Shown here: positions 36,359 to 45,953 of the stretch, in pieces
Layout of the letters: each line of letters opens with the position of its first letter
Numbering within the stretch: the stretch's first letter is position 1
From: Bacteroidota bacterium
GTDB taxonomy: Bacteria > Bacteroidota > Bacteroidia > Bacteroidales > JACABE01
NCBI GenBank assembly: GCA_013377005.1
Contig: JACABE010000002.1
Location: 7,165 to 71,164 of the forward strand
DNA: 64,000 bases
Reading direction: 5' to 3'
The notes under the pieces: generated by a model
What the model was told of the DNA's origin: nothing
The model's input: the letters and a program-made list of their open reading frames with translations, nothing else
The model's database searches: none
Made by a program: the position numbers and the translations under genes

Positions 36359-39308
36359 TTATTGTTTCGAAAAATATTTTTTCGTCAATAGGTTTTGCGA
36401 TATAAGCATTAAAGCCATGGGCAAGAATGGTTTCTCTATCAGAAGTCATAGCGCTGGCAGTAAGAGCTATAATAGGAATGTTTTGCAATCGAATGTCATT
36501 TCTTATAGCTTTAAATGCTTCTATTCCGTCTTTTTCAGGCAAAGCAATATCCATTAAAATCAGATGAGGATTATGATCCTTGGCCATCAATATCCCTTCA
36601 TTTCCATTTACAGCTTCTACAACATGATACTTATCGTTAAGAAGTGCTTTAACAGTTATCATATTATCAGGATTATCTTCAACTACTAATACCAATGGCT
36701 TTCCTTCAATACTTTGTAATTTTCGTTTAGGTTTTTCAATTTCAATTATTTCTGGTGATACCATTGTCGTTATAGCGTTCAATAACTCATTTCGATTTAC
36801 ATCACCTTTTTGAATAAGTTGATGAACATTATTTTGTTTTAAGAATTTAAGATCTTCTTTGGTAATATGTTTTGCTGTTAGAATTAAAACTGGGATAAGA
36901 GCTGTAGGTTCATTTTCTCTCAATACTCTTAATACTTCAAAACCATCAATATCTGGCATCATTAAATCCAAAATTATAGCATCAGGAATGTTTTGAGTTA
37001 CAATTTGAAGTGCTTCATTACCATTGCGAGCAAGTAAGATCTGATAACCATTTTCTTCAATAAAATCTTTTATCTGGATAATTGCAGGTTCACTGTCTTC
37101 CACCAACAAAATAGTTTTAAAAGATGAAATGGGTTTTGGATTTTGTAAAGTTGGTTTTATTGCATAATTAAAAGTTGTTGCAGCCTCTACATCATAAATT
37201 CTGTTTTCAGGTGCATATTGCAAAGGCAAAACAAGTGTAAATTCAGAACCTTGTCCAAGTATGCTTTTAACAGAAACTATTCCGCCAAGTAAGTTTGCAT
37301 ATTTCTTTGCAATAGCTAAGCCTAAACCAGTACCTCCAAATTTCCGAGAAGTACTACCATCTGCTTGCCGGAATTCATCAAAAATATGATGTATATGATT
37401 TTCATCAATTCCAATACCTGTATCACTTATTTTTATAATAAGCTTATTATCATTTTGTTTTGCAAATATTTCAACTTTCCCTTTTTCAGTAAATTTAACT
37501 GCATTACTTATAATATTTTGTAAAATATGACGGCATTTTCTATCATCACTGGTAAAAAACAATTCGGAATCAGCATCTGTATGAAGCAAATCAATATTTT
37601 TCTGTTGTGCTTGCTGTTTTATCATAGTTACAATTTCAGCAATCAGTGTATTGATATTAAATTTGTTTATTTCTATTTCTTCACGTCCGGCTTCAATGCG
37701 AGAAATATCAAGAATATCATTAATAAGATCCAATAGATGTTTACCATTACGTTCTATTACTTCAATATAACTATATTCTTCTTCGGGAATTAGTTTGGCA
37801 AGTCGGCGATTTAGCACTCCTGAAAGTGCAATTACAGAATTTAATGGTGTACGCAATTCATGACTCATATTAGAAAGGAAATTGGTTTTCAGACGATTTG
37901 CTTCGTTCAATTGCTTTTTCTGCATTTCTAACTCAGTATTTTGCTCGATTAATTCAGCAGATTGAGTAGATAATTCCGTTCTTTGAGTCTCTAATTCAAC
38001 GTTTTGTTGTTTTAGTCGTTCAGAAAATTCTTTCATTTTACGATATGCTAAAATACCCTCTATACGAGCATTTAAGGTATCTTTCATTTCATCTATCAAC
38101 TGTAATGTTTGTTTTGTAAAAGAGCTAATACTAGCCAACGAAATAATTGCAATAACTTTGTTACCAGCCAGTATGGGGAGCGTAATAATTTCGCGAGGAA
38201 TATATTTTCCACTAACAGTATGAAAAACAAATCGTGTTTCTTGAGGAATATTTTTAATATGTTGGATTTCACGTGTAGAAATAGCAGCACCAAATTCTCC
38301 CTCGTAGTTAGTAGCTGTAAACGATTGTCTGGCGTTATCATCAATTCCCAGTGATTCATAATGATCAAAAGTCTTTCTATCATTGCTCAACAAATAAACT
38401 GCTGCCATTTGTGCTTCGGTAAGCATAGTTAATGAATTGAGTGTAAGCTGAAAAAATCTTCTTGATTCATATTCATTCAGCATAACACTTGCAAGATTTC
38501 TAACTTTGTTAGCAATATCAGTATTCATCTGAATATACTCTATCATGGCATTGAATGAATTTGACAAGACACCGAATTCATTGTTTGACACATAAGAAGA
38601 ACGGGCATTCATATCTCCATTATGGTATTTATTTGTTGCATTCGTGAGTTCAACTATCGGTTTTTTAAAACTTTTTAATAAGTAAATATATATAATAATA
38701 GTAAGTACTAAAATAATTACTATTATTATTATTAATTGATTATTTAATGTATTTTGTAATTCTACTGAAGCTTTATACAACTCATCTCCTTTTGATTTAG
38801 CAAAAAAATCAATTTTATTTAATTTGGAAAGCAAAATATTAGTATTTTGCCCAACAATACCAGCATTTTTTGTACGATCTTTAGCTTCTGTTATTTTACC
38901 ATTGCGAAAAAGACGAATAGTTTCTTCGCATTTTGAATTCCAGATAATAAATGTTTCTTTAAGATAATCAATTTCAATTTTTTGACCCAAATATCGGCTA
39001 TATAAAATATCAATTTGCTCAAAAGCATTTGCCTTAGAAATCTCAATTTGGTTGAAATCATAAGCATTTTCTTTCTCATCGACTGTAAGAAACAAGTCGT
39101 TCATATCACGTTGAATAGTAAAAATATCTGAACGAAACGCATCAATTGCTCGCCTTACTTGAAGAGGATGATTATACAAGGTTTCCGTTTGTTCTTGAAT
39201 TTTATCTGTTTGCAAAAAGGAAATAATCCCCAATACAATTACAAAAAATATCATGATAGTGAACCCTATCTTAAGTTGCGTTCCAATTTTAAAGTTTTTG
39301 ATTTTCAT
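36336..39308 (-). CDS. Membrane hybrid kinase: MCP-like helical sensor between two TM segments - HAMP - GAF - Q/E-rich coiled coil - HisKA - HATPase - REC - REC
   Basis: 990 aa. TM1 IGFTIMIFFVIVLGIISF. TM2 LIIIIVIILVLTIIIYIYLL, followed by a HAMP-like segment. H-box MSHELRTPLNS. GTGLGL. Two receivers (IILDLMMPDIDG and ILMDIALPEKDG). Confidence 0.9.
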   Translation of the reverse strand: MKIKNFKIGTQLKIGFTIMIFFVIVLGIISFLQTDKIQEQTETLYNHPLQVRRAIDAFRSDIFTIQRDMNDLFLTVDEKENAYDFNQIEISKANAFEQIDILYSRYLGQKIEIDYLKETFIIWNSKCEETIRLFRNGKITEAKDRTKNAGIVGQNTNILLSKLNKIDFFAKSKGDELYKASVELQNTLNNQLIIIIVIILVLTIIIYIYLLKSFKKPIVELTNATNKYHNGDMNARSSYVSNNEFGVLSNSFNAMIEYIQMNTDIANKVRNLASVMLNEYESRRFFQLTLNSLTMLTEAQMAAVYLLSNDRKTFDHYESLGIDDNARQSFTATNYEGEFGAAISTREIQHIKNIPQETRFVFHTVSGKYIPREIITLPILAGNKVIAIISLASISSFTKQTLQLIDEMKDTLNARIEGILAYRKMKEFSERLKQQNVELETQRTELSTQSAELIEQNTELEMQKKQLNEANRLKTNFLSNMSHELRTPLNSVIALSGVLNRRLAKLIPEEEYSYIEVIERNGKHLLDLINDILDISRIEAGREEIEINKFNINTLIAEIVTMIKQQAQQKNIDLLHTDADSELFFTSDDRKCRHILQNIISNAVKFTEKGKVEIFAKQNDNKLIIKISDTGIGIDENHIHHIFDEFRQADGSTSRKFGGTGLGLAIAKKYANLLGGIVSVKSILGQGSEFTLVLPLQYAPENRIYDVEAATTFNYAIKPTLQNPKPISSFKTILLVEDSEPAIIQIKDFIEENGYQILLARNGNEALQIVTQNIPDAIILDLMMPDIDGFEVLRVLRENEPTALIPVLILTAKHITKEDLKFLKQNNVHQLIQKGDVNRNELLNAITTMVSPEIIEIEKPKRKLQSIEGKPLVLVVEDNPDNMITVKALLNDKYHVVEAVNGNEGILMAKDHNPHLILMDIALPEKDGIEAFKAIRNDIRLQNIPIIALTASAMTSDRETILAHGFNAYIAKPIDEKIFFETINEVLYGK

Positions 39309-39363
39309 TATGTTATATTTATAAAATCCCTTAAAAAAAGTTGGGTTAAATTAAGCTAATATT

Positions 39364-40182
39364 TTATTTACTAATCTGAAATATAGCCGATTGTGGATAC
39401 ACTTCATTGAATTTATTATTTATAAAAATATCTCTTTCTGCTTCACCAGTGACCAAGAAACTTTTATCCGTTAAACTATTGGATATCTTTTGTATAATAA
39501 CTTTACGATGTTCTGGTTTATAATAGAAAAGCAAATTTGCACAAAATATCATATCAAAACCACCAAATATGCTTACAGGAGGGCTACTTAAGTGTTCATT
39601 AAACAAATCAAAAACAGAAAAATCAATATTTTCTTTCAGTTCTGAATTTACTGTATATATTTTCCCTTCTTTCGTAAACCATCGTTTAAGACGTTTAAGA
39701 TTTATATTATTCATTAAATTGGCAGTATATTCGCCTTTATATGCCTTATTAACCTGCTCTTCTGACTGATCAGTAGCAAATATACGATAACAGAATTTTT
39801 CATTATCAGTACCTTTTATCTCCTCTAAAAGCATTGCTATACTATAAGCTTCCTGACCAATAGCACATGCGGCAGACCAAATTCTAATTTCTTTTCTTTT
39901 ATTATTTTCTTTTCTATGTATAATAGAAGGAAGAATAATCTTTTCTAACACAGAAAAAGTAAGTGGATTTCGAAAAAACTCACTATAACTTATATGCAAA
40001 GAATCTATAAACTGACTTCCTTCTTTAGTGTTTTTTTCAAGAATACTATAATACTCTTCTGTAGAATAACAGTTAATTTCTGCAATCCTTTTTTGAAGTG
40101 ATTTGTACAAGAATGATTCATCAAATTTTGAAACATCAACACCATGCTGTGCGTTTATAAAATCAATAATTTCTGTTTTCAT
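39364..40182 (-). CDS. cheR: CheR-type protein-glutamate O-methyltransferase (orphan)
   Basis: 272 aa. FFRNP motif, SAM-binding IRIWSAACAIGQEAYSIAMLL, and FCANLLFYY. Its ATG overlaps the stop of the upstream gene (ATGA at 40179-40182). Confidence 0.85.
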   Translation of the reverse strand: MKTEIIDFINAQHGVDVSKFDESFLYKSLQKRIAEINCYSTEEYYSILEKNTKEGSQFIDSLHISYSEFFRNPLTFSVLEKIILPSIIHRKENNKRKEIRIWSAACAIGQEAYSIAMLLEEIKGTDNEKFCYRIFATDQSEEQVNKAYKGEYTANLMNNINLKRLKRWFTKEGKIYTVNSELKENIDFSVFDLFNEHLSSPPVSIFGGFDMIFCANLLFYYKPEHRKVIIQKISNSLTDKSFLVTGEAERDIFINNKFNEVYPQSAIFQISK

Positions 40183-43100
40183 TCCACTATTTTATATTTT
40201 TCTTGTATACCTAATTGTTTATGTAAAACGTTTATTTCATTTTTTAATTCAATCATCTTTAATTCACGTCCGACAGAAATATTATGAAACCGTTGCAAAT
40301 CTTCCATTTTTTCTTTTAATGCTTCCTCGTCTTGTTTGCGTTCGGAAATATCACGGAAGTTTATCACTATTGATTCAACACTTGGATCGGCAAGTAAATT
40401 GGTAAATGTGCTTTCAATCCATTTCCAATTTCCATTTTTATCACGAAAACGATATTGCAAGGTTGGAGTATAAGATGGATCTTCAAAAAGTTTAGCCAAA
40501 TCCAATAAAACAAGATGTAAATCATCCGGATGTGTATGTTCTGCAGGATTTCCAGTTAGATCCTCAGATTCGCTATATCCAAACATTCTTTTTGCAGAAG
40601 GGCTCGCAAATTTAAAATTTCCTTCTGCATTTATAAGTACAATTCCATCGGGTGCTTTTTCGATTAAAGCTTGATAATGCTTCCCGATTTTCTTTATTGT
40701 TTCTTCTGTATGTTTTCGTTGAGTAATATCTTGTCCAAAACTTACAATACCTTGAATTTTTTCGGCAATATAAATAGGCGAGGTATTTACTGATATGGTT
40801 ATTATGCTATTATCTTCTTTTTTAAAACGCAATTCGTAATTACAGCTTTCTCCATTTATTGTTCGCTGAAAAACATCCATAATCATAGGGAGATCTTCTT
40901 GCAAGATGAGTGGTATAAAAGACTTTCCTTTCCATTCATTTAAGGTAAGTCCTGTAGTTTTTGTTGCTATTTCGTTAAGAAAAGTAAAGTTGCCACTGTT
41001 GTCTAATATCCAGATTAAGTCGTTTGAATATTCTATCATGGTCCGATATTTATCTTCGCTCTCTTTTAATGCCTGTTGTATCTGCATGTGCTCAGTAATA
41101 TCCATCATACTTATTACCAAATTCAATCTACCATTACTATCTTTATAATGGGTCATGTATTTTTCGCAAAGTCTTATTTCTCCATCAGAACGAATAAAAT
41201 TGAATTCATAATGGTGTTTGTATTTTTCACCTTTTGTAAATTTTATAAAATTAGCAACTACAAATTCTTTGGATTCAGTTGTAAGAAATACAGCAAAAGA
41301 ATCTGCTGCATAAATTTCTTTTCTGGAATACCCTCCCATTTTTATCATTGCATCATTTGCCCAAACAATTTTTCCAGCTTCATTAATAATGCATATAGAA
41401 CTAAAAGAATATTCAGACACTGCACGAAAACGCTCTTCATTTTCTTTCAATGATTTTTCGGCTTGCTTACGATCGGTAATGTTATTATGCTGTATAATAA
41501 CGTTACTTATTTTTCCATTTTTGTCGAATATAGGATAAGCCCAATTAGAATACCATACTTTCTTTTTTTCTTTTACGTCTATATTTTGCGAATCAGCAGC
41601 TATTCCTATATCAAAGAATACTTCCCACTCAACAGCTTTTCCTTCTTTAAAAACTTTTTCTAAATATGGAATAATTCCGTTCTGCTTTATTGCTTCATCA
41701 TGGAAAATATTATAAACCCTACCCTCAATATTCTGTGCTTCTACACCAAAGATTTCACTTAATTTCGAATTTATTCTTTCGCACCAACCTTCACAATCCA
41801 ATATTTGAGTACTTACAGATGATTGCATGAACATTTGTTCAAAGAAATACTTTTGCTTGATTAATTCATCATTATTTCTTTTGCTTTCGGTAATATCAAT
41901 TACATGAGTAATAAAATACATAGGCTCTCCATTCGTATTTCGCACCAAAGAAAAAGCCACATGCCCTAAAACGACATTACCTTGCTTATGAATATATACT
42001 TTTTCAAATTCAGCATGGTCAATTTCTCCATCTAAAGATCGTTTAATATATTCAAAGCTAGTATCATGGTAATCAGAATGAGTAATATCATTAATATTCA
42101 TACTTTCCATCTTTTTTGTACTATATCCAAACATATTACAAAAACATTGATTTACTTTTAAGAATCTTCCTTTAATATCAATAAGACACATCCCAACATT
42201 TGCATTATCAAAACTCAGGCGAAAGCGTTCTTCGCTTTCTTTTAATAAATCATTGGCTTGCCTGCTAAGTGTAATATCTCTTAGGCTCTCAATTGCACCT
42301 ACTACGTTTCCATACTCATCATGCAAAGGCGAAACTTTTGCAAAAATCCATGCTCCTTTATTACTATATAAAGCATTACAGAAAAATTCAGCAGTTAGAG
42401 TATCACCTTCTCTTTTAATATGCGGGTATTTGGAAATCACTTCGGTATTATTTTCGAAGACTAAATCCATCAACTGTGGTCTAGCTTCACCATAAAATGG
42501 AATCGTATAAGCATAATTACCTTTCCCTATCATTTCAGAGGCTTGAATTCCTGTCATTTCTACAATAGCCTTATTCCAGATAATAATACGTTTTTCTTTA
42601 TCAATACCAAGCGTAGCATCAGGTAAAAATTCAACAATATCTGCTAGTTGTCTCTGTTTATCTCTTAGTAAATTTTCAGATTTCTTACGATTTGTAATAT
42701 CTCTAATTGTCAGTAATACAGCTACTTTTTCAGCAAGCTTAATTGACATTGCTTTTACTTCTACATCAATTTCTGACCCATCGAGGCATATAAATTTTTC
42801 TTCATAAAGCGGTAATACAATTCCTTCATTCTCTAATTTTTTCATTCTCTCAATCACAAATGGTCGATAATCAGGATGAACAGATTGTATTACAGGCTTT
42901 CCTATTAATTCTTCTTCGCAGGAGGCTTTAATTAATTTAAGACTTTCATTATTTGCATAGATAACTTTTCCTTTCTCATAAATCACTATTGCATCAGGAG
43001 AGTTCTCAACCAGACTACGGTATTTATTTTCACTTTCTTTTAAAGCGTCTTCTATACGTTTACGCTCATTTATATTTCTAAAAAAAGACTGATAGTTTCC

Positions 43101-44006
43101 TTCTGGCATCCTTTTAGAACTCATTTCCACAAAAACAGAGCTACCATCTTTCCGAATCACTTCTCTTTCAACACATATAGTTTCACCTTTTTCAAGTAAA
43201 TCATACCTTAACGGTTTTTTATCATTTATTTCTGTCGAAAATAAATCCCTAATATTCATATTAAGAAGTTCTTCCTTACTATATCCAGTAAGTTCTGAAG
43301 CAGCTTTATTGGAATCAATAAGATTTCCAACTGCATCCCCCTGAAAAAAAGCATCTACCGCCAAATCAATAAGCAATCGGTATTTTTCTTCATTACCAAT
43401 TAGCAATTCTTGTATCTGTTTTTTTTCGGAAATATACTTTTTAAGTTGTAAATTATTGTATGCTTTTTCGGAAAGTTCGTTAGCAAATGCAAATAGCATT
43501 TTTGCTATTTTATTAAACCTGTCAAGAGACATTTCAGGCACTTCATTAAAAGCCTCTAAAAAATCATTTCGGTTTGCTCCAATTTCATCAGCATAACTTA
43601 ACATGCGTTGATTATCAATTTCACTATTACGAACCTGACCTATTAACCAATTTGCAATATGTCTTCCGGCAACAGTAATGCTTGCACCTGCATCCCATAA
43701 GCCGCCACTCAAACATGGTTGAATAATAGCTCCTGAAACATTATGGCAACCAAGAGTAGCATCTGATTTATAACAATTTGCTAGTCCTTTCTCTGTTTTA
43801 CGGATGATATCATTACATAATCTGCAAAAATTGCTGGGTCTGGTGATGGGTGTACCATCTGGATGTGTAATGAGAGAAGCCACTCCATTAGCATCGGAAA
43901 ACAAATCCTGTAATTGCTGAATATCTTCAATGTTGAATATATCAGCAAACTGAATTTCAATAAAGTTTTGATCAGCTAATTCTATTTGCTTTGTTTTGGT
44001 TTTCAT
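40179..44006 (-). CDS. PocR sensory domain plus eight PAS/PAC units, with no recognisable output domain
   Basis: 1275 aa. N-terminal PocR-like Cys pattern NFCRLCN...GLANCYKSD...QPCLSGGLWDAGASI...GQV. Eight PAC ends (NINERK, RDITNRK, RDITLSR, IDITESK, NNITDRK, MDITEHM, QDITQRK, RDISERK). The C-terminus is a short coiled coil with no H-box and no ATPase motifs. Confidence 0.88.
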   Translation of the reverse strand: MKTKTKQIELADQNFIEIQFADIFNIEDIQQLQDLFSDANGVASLITHPDGTPITRPSNFCRLCNDIIRKTEKGLANCYKSDATLGCHNVSGAIIQPCLSGGLWDAGASITVAGRHIANWLIGQVRNSEIDNQRMLSYADEIGANRNDFLEAFNEVPEMSLDRFNKIAKMLFAFANELSEKAYNNLQLKKYISEKKQIQELLIGNEEKYRLLIDLAVDAFFQGDAVGNLIDSNKAASELTGYSKEELLNMNIRDLFSTEINDKKPLRYDLLEKGETICVEREVIRKDGSSVFVEMSSKRMPEGNYQSFFRNINERKRIEDALKESENKYRSLVENSPDAIVIYEKGKVIYANNESLKLIKASCEEELIGKPVIQSVHPDYRPFVIERMKKLENEGIVLPLYEEKFICLDGSEIDVEVKAMSIKLAEKVAVLLTIRDITNRKKSENLLRDKQRQLADIVEFLPDATLGIDKEKRIIIWNKAIVEMTGIQASEMIGKGNYAYTIPFYGEARPQLMDLVFENNTEVISKYPHIKREGDTLTAEFFCNALYSNKGAWIFAKVSPLHDEYGNVVGAIESLRDITLSRQANDLLKESEERFRLSFDNANVGMCLIDIKGRFLKVNQCFCNMFGYSTKKMESMNINDITHSDYHDTSFEYIKRSLDGEIDHAEFEKVYIHKQGNVVLGHVAFSLVRNTNGEPMYFITHVIDITESKRNNDELIKQKYFFEQMFMQSSVSTQILDCEGWCERINSKLSEIFGVEAQNIEGRVYNIFHDEAIKQNGIIPYLEKVFKEGKAVEWEVFFDIGIAADSQNIDVKEKKKVWYSNWAYPIFDKNGKISNVIIQHNNITDRKQAEKSLKENEERFRAVSEYSFSSICIINEAGKIVWANDAMIKMGGYSRKEIYAADSFAVFLTTESKEFVVANFIKFTKGEKYKHHYEFNFIRSDGEIRLCEKYMTHYKDSNGRLNLVISMMDITEHMQIQQALKESEDKYRTMIEYSNDLIWILDNSGNFTFLNEIATKTTGLTLNEWKGKSFIPLILQEDLPMIMDVFQRTINGESCNYELRFKKEDNSIITISVNTSPIYIAEKIQGIVSFGQDITQRKHTEETIKKIGKHYQALIEKAPDGIVLINAEGNFKFASPSAKRMFGYSESEDLTGNPAEHTHPDDLHLVLLDLAKLFEDPSYTPTLQYRFRDKNGNWKWIESTFTNLLADPSVESIVINFRDISERKQDEEALKEKMEDLQRFHNISVGRELKMIELKNEINVLHKQLGIQEKYKIVE

Positions 44007-44408
44007 TTTTCGTTTAATCTTTTAATGAAAAATCGCATTCAAAAGTTGTAAACATTCATCTAATTAATTACACATATAAAATATGAAGTAAAGATACTAA
44101 ATATTTATAAATGCTATTTACTTTCAATAAAAATAAGAAAATAAACATTACTCATTATTGATTTTTATTTTAAAATAACTGACAATAATAATTCTTTTTG
44201 TATGGATTATAAAATAAAATCATTAAAGAATTTATTTCTTTATAAAATTGAATATTTGATTTATTACATATTAATTTTTCTTGTTTCATTTTAATAAGAT
44301 ATATGATGAGAATCGTAATTAAAAACAAAACTAATAATATTAACATCAAAAGTATTCTGATATATGTATTAATATTTTTTGATAAATAATTTAATACATT
44401 TAAATTCT

Positions 44409-45953
44409 TTAATTTACCTTAAAATAACTCCTCATTATCTCCATCAACTTATCTTGTTTAATAGGTTTTGAAATATAATCGTTGCATCCTGCCTTTAATG
44501 CTTTCTCCTTATCGTCAGATAATGCAAAAGCTGTTTGTGCAATAATAACAACTTCTTTGTTAAACAACCTGATTTGAGTTGTTGCTTCATGCCCATCCAT
44601 TACTGGCATTTGAATATCCATTAGTATCAAATCTATATCAGTATTGCAACTACACACATCCACTGCTTCTAAACCATTTTTTGCTTTTAATACTTCCCTT
44701 GAAAATCTTTTAACTGCCAATGAAATTAGCATTGCTAGTTCTTCATTATCTTCGACAATTAATATTTTTAGATTTTTAATATGATTCCCATCGCCTTCAA
44801 AAAAAGATTTATCTTTATTATTGCTTTTAACTTGAAGTAATTCATTGAAAGGCAATACAAAAGAAAATACAGAGCCTATATTTTCTTTTGAATTTACATT
44901 TAGTATTCCTCCATGCTTTTCAACAAACTCTTTAGATATCAACAATCCTAATCCGGAATAAGGTTCACCTTCTGTGCCAGAACGATTTGTATTTATTTCG
45001 ATTTTAAAAAGGTTTTCAATCATTTCTTCATTCATTCCAATACCTGAATCACTTACAGAAACCTCTGTACTTTTGTCACCTAATCTCTTAGCAAAAACAC
45101 TTATATTACCTCCTTTGGGTGTAAATTTTACTGCATTCGAAATAAGATTTCGAATTATGGTTCGCAACATATTGATATCCGCACATACATAACTGTCTAT
45201 TAATACTTCGTTAATTATCTTAATCCCCTTCATTTTAGCAGACTCTAACTCCACAGAAATACATTCTTCAATTATTGGAAACAATTCAATTTCTTTCGGA
45301 CTGAAAGAAATTAAGCCATGCTGTAACTTCGTCCATTCCTGTAAATTTTCAAGCAAATGATAAAGCTTTGCAGCTGAATTTTGCATAATCATTGCCATTT
45401 CCAATATTTTTTCTTTATTGATAGAGGACAATTCTTTATTCATTTTTTGTGTAAGTCCTAAAAAATTATTGAAAGGATTGCTAAGATCTTTAGAAATAAT
45501 AGAAAAAAACTTATCTTTTTCGGCATTTAATTGCTGTATCATTTTGCTTTGTTGGCGTAGCTTTAAATGAGTAGCTACCAAAGCTTTAATTTCCTCAACC
45601 TGAAACGGTTTATTGACATAATCAACACCACCTGCTGCAAAAGCCTTTGCAATATCGGTAATGTCACTTAAAGCACTTATAAAAATAACAGGAATCTCTT
45701 TTAATTTGGGATTTTCCTTTAACTGGCGACAAACCTCAAATCCATCCATAACAGGCATCATTATATCCAAAAGAATAAGATCTGGCTTTTCTTTATCAGC
45801 AACTTGTAATGCTAACATACCGTTAGGTACGGGTCGAACTTTATATCCTTCGCTTTTAAGAATATTACCCAATACTTTCAAATTATCAGGCATATCATCT
45901 ACAATTAGAATATTGGGGGTATTTTTGTTTAAAAAAGCAATATCGTTTTTCAA
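44409..45953 (-). CDS. REC - degenerate HisKA (His replaced by Lys) - HATPase - REC
   Basis: 514 aa. TTG start overlapping the upstream TGA (TTGA). The H-box position reads FFSIISKDLSNPFNN, versus FFSIIAHDLRGPLGG in the paralog 54905-56017. The N-box ISNAVKFTPKGG, DSGIGM and SGLGLL are intact. Second REC: LILMDIQMPVMDG. Confidence 0.88.
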   Translation of the reverse strand: MKNDIAFLNKNTPNILIVDDMPDNLKVLGNILKSEGYKVRPVPNGMLALQVADKEKPDLILLDIMMPVMDGFEVCRQLKENPKLKEIPVIFISALSDITDIAKAFAAGGVDYVNKPFQVEEIKALVATHLKLRQQSKMIQQLNAEKDKFFSIISKDLSNPFNNFLGLTQKMNKELSSINKEKILEMAMIMQNSAAKLYHLLENLQEWTKLQHGLISFSPKEIELFPIIEECISVELESAKMKGIKIINEVLIDSYVCADINMLRTIIRNLISNAVKFTPKGGNISVFAKRLGDKSTEVSVSDSGIGMNEEMIENLFKIEINTNRSGTEGEPYSGLGLLISKEFVEKHGGILNVNSKENIGSVFSFVLPFNELLQVKSNNKDKSFFEGDGNHIKNLKILIVEDNEELAMLISLAVKRFSREVLKAKNGLEAVDVCSCNTDIDLILMDIQMPVMDGHEATTQIRLFNKEVVIIAQTAFALSDDKEKALKAGCNDYISKPIKQDKLMEIMRSYFKVN

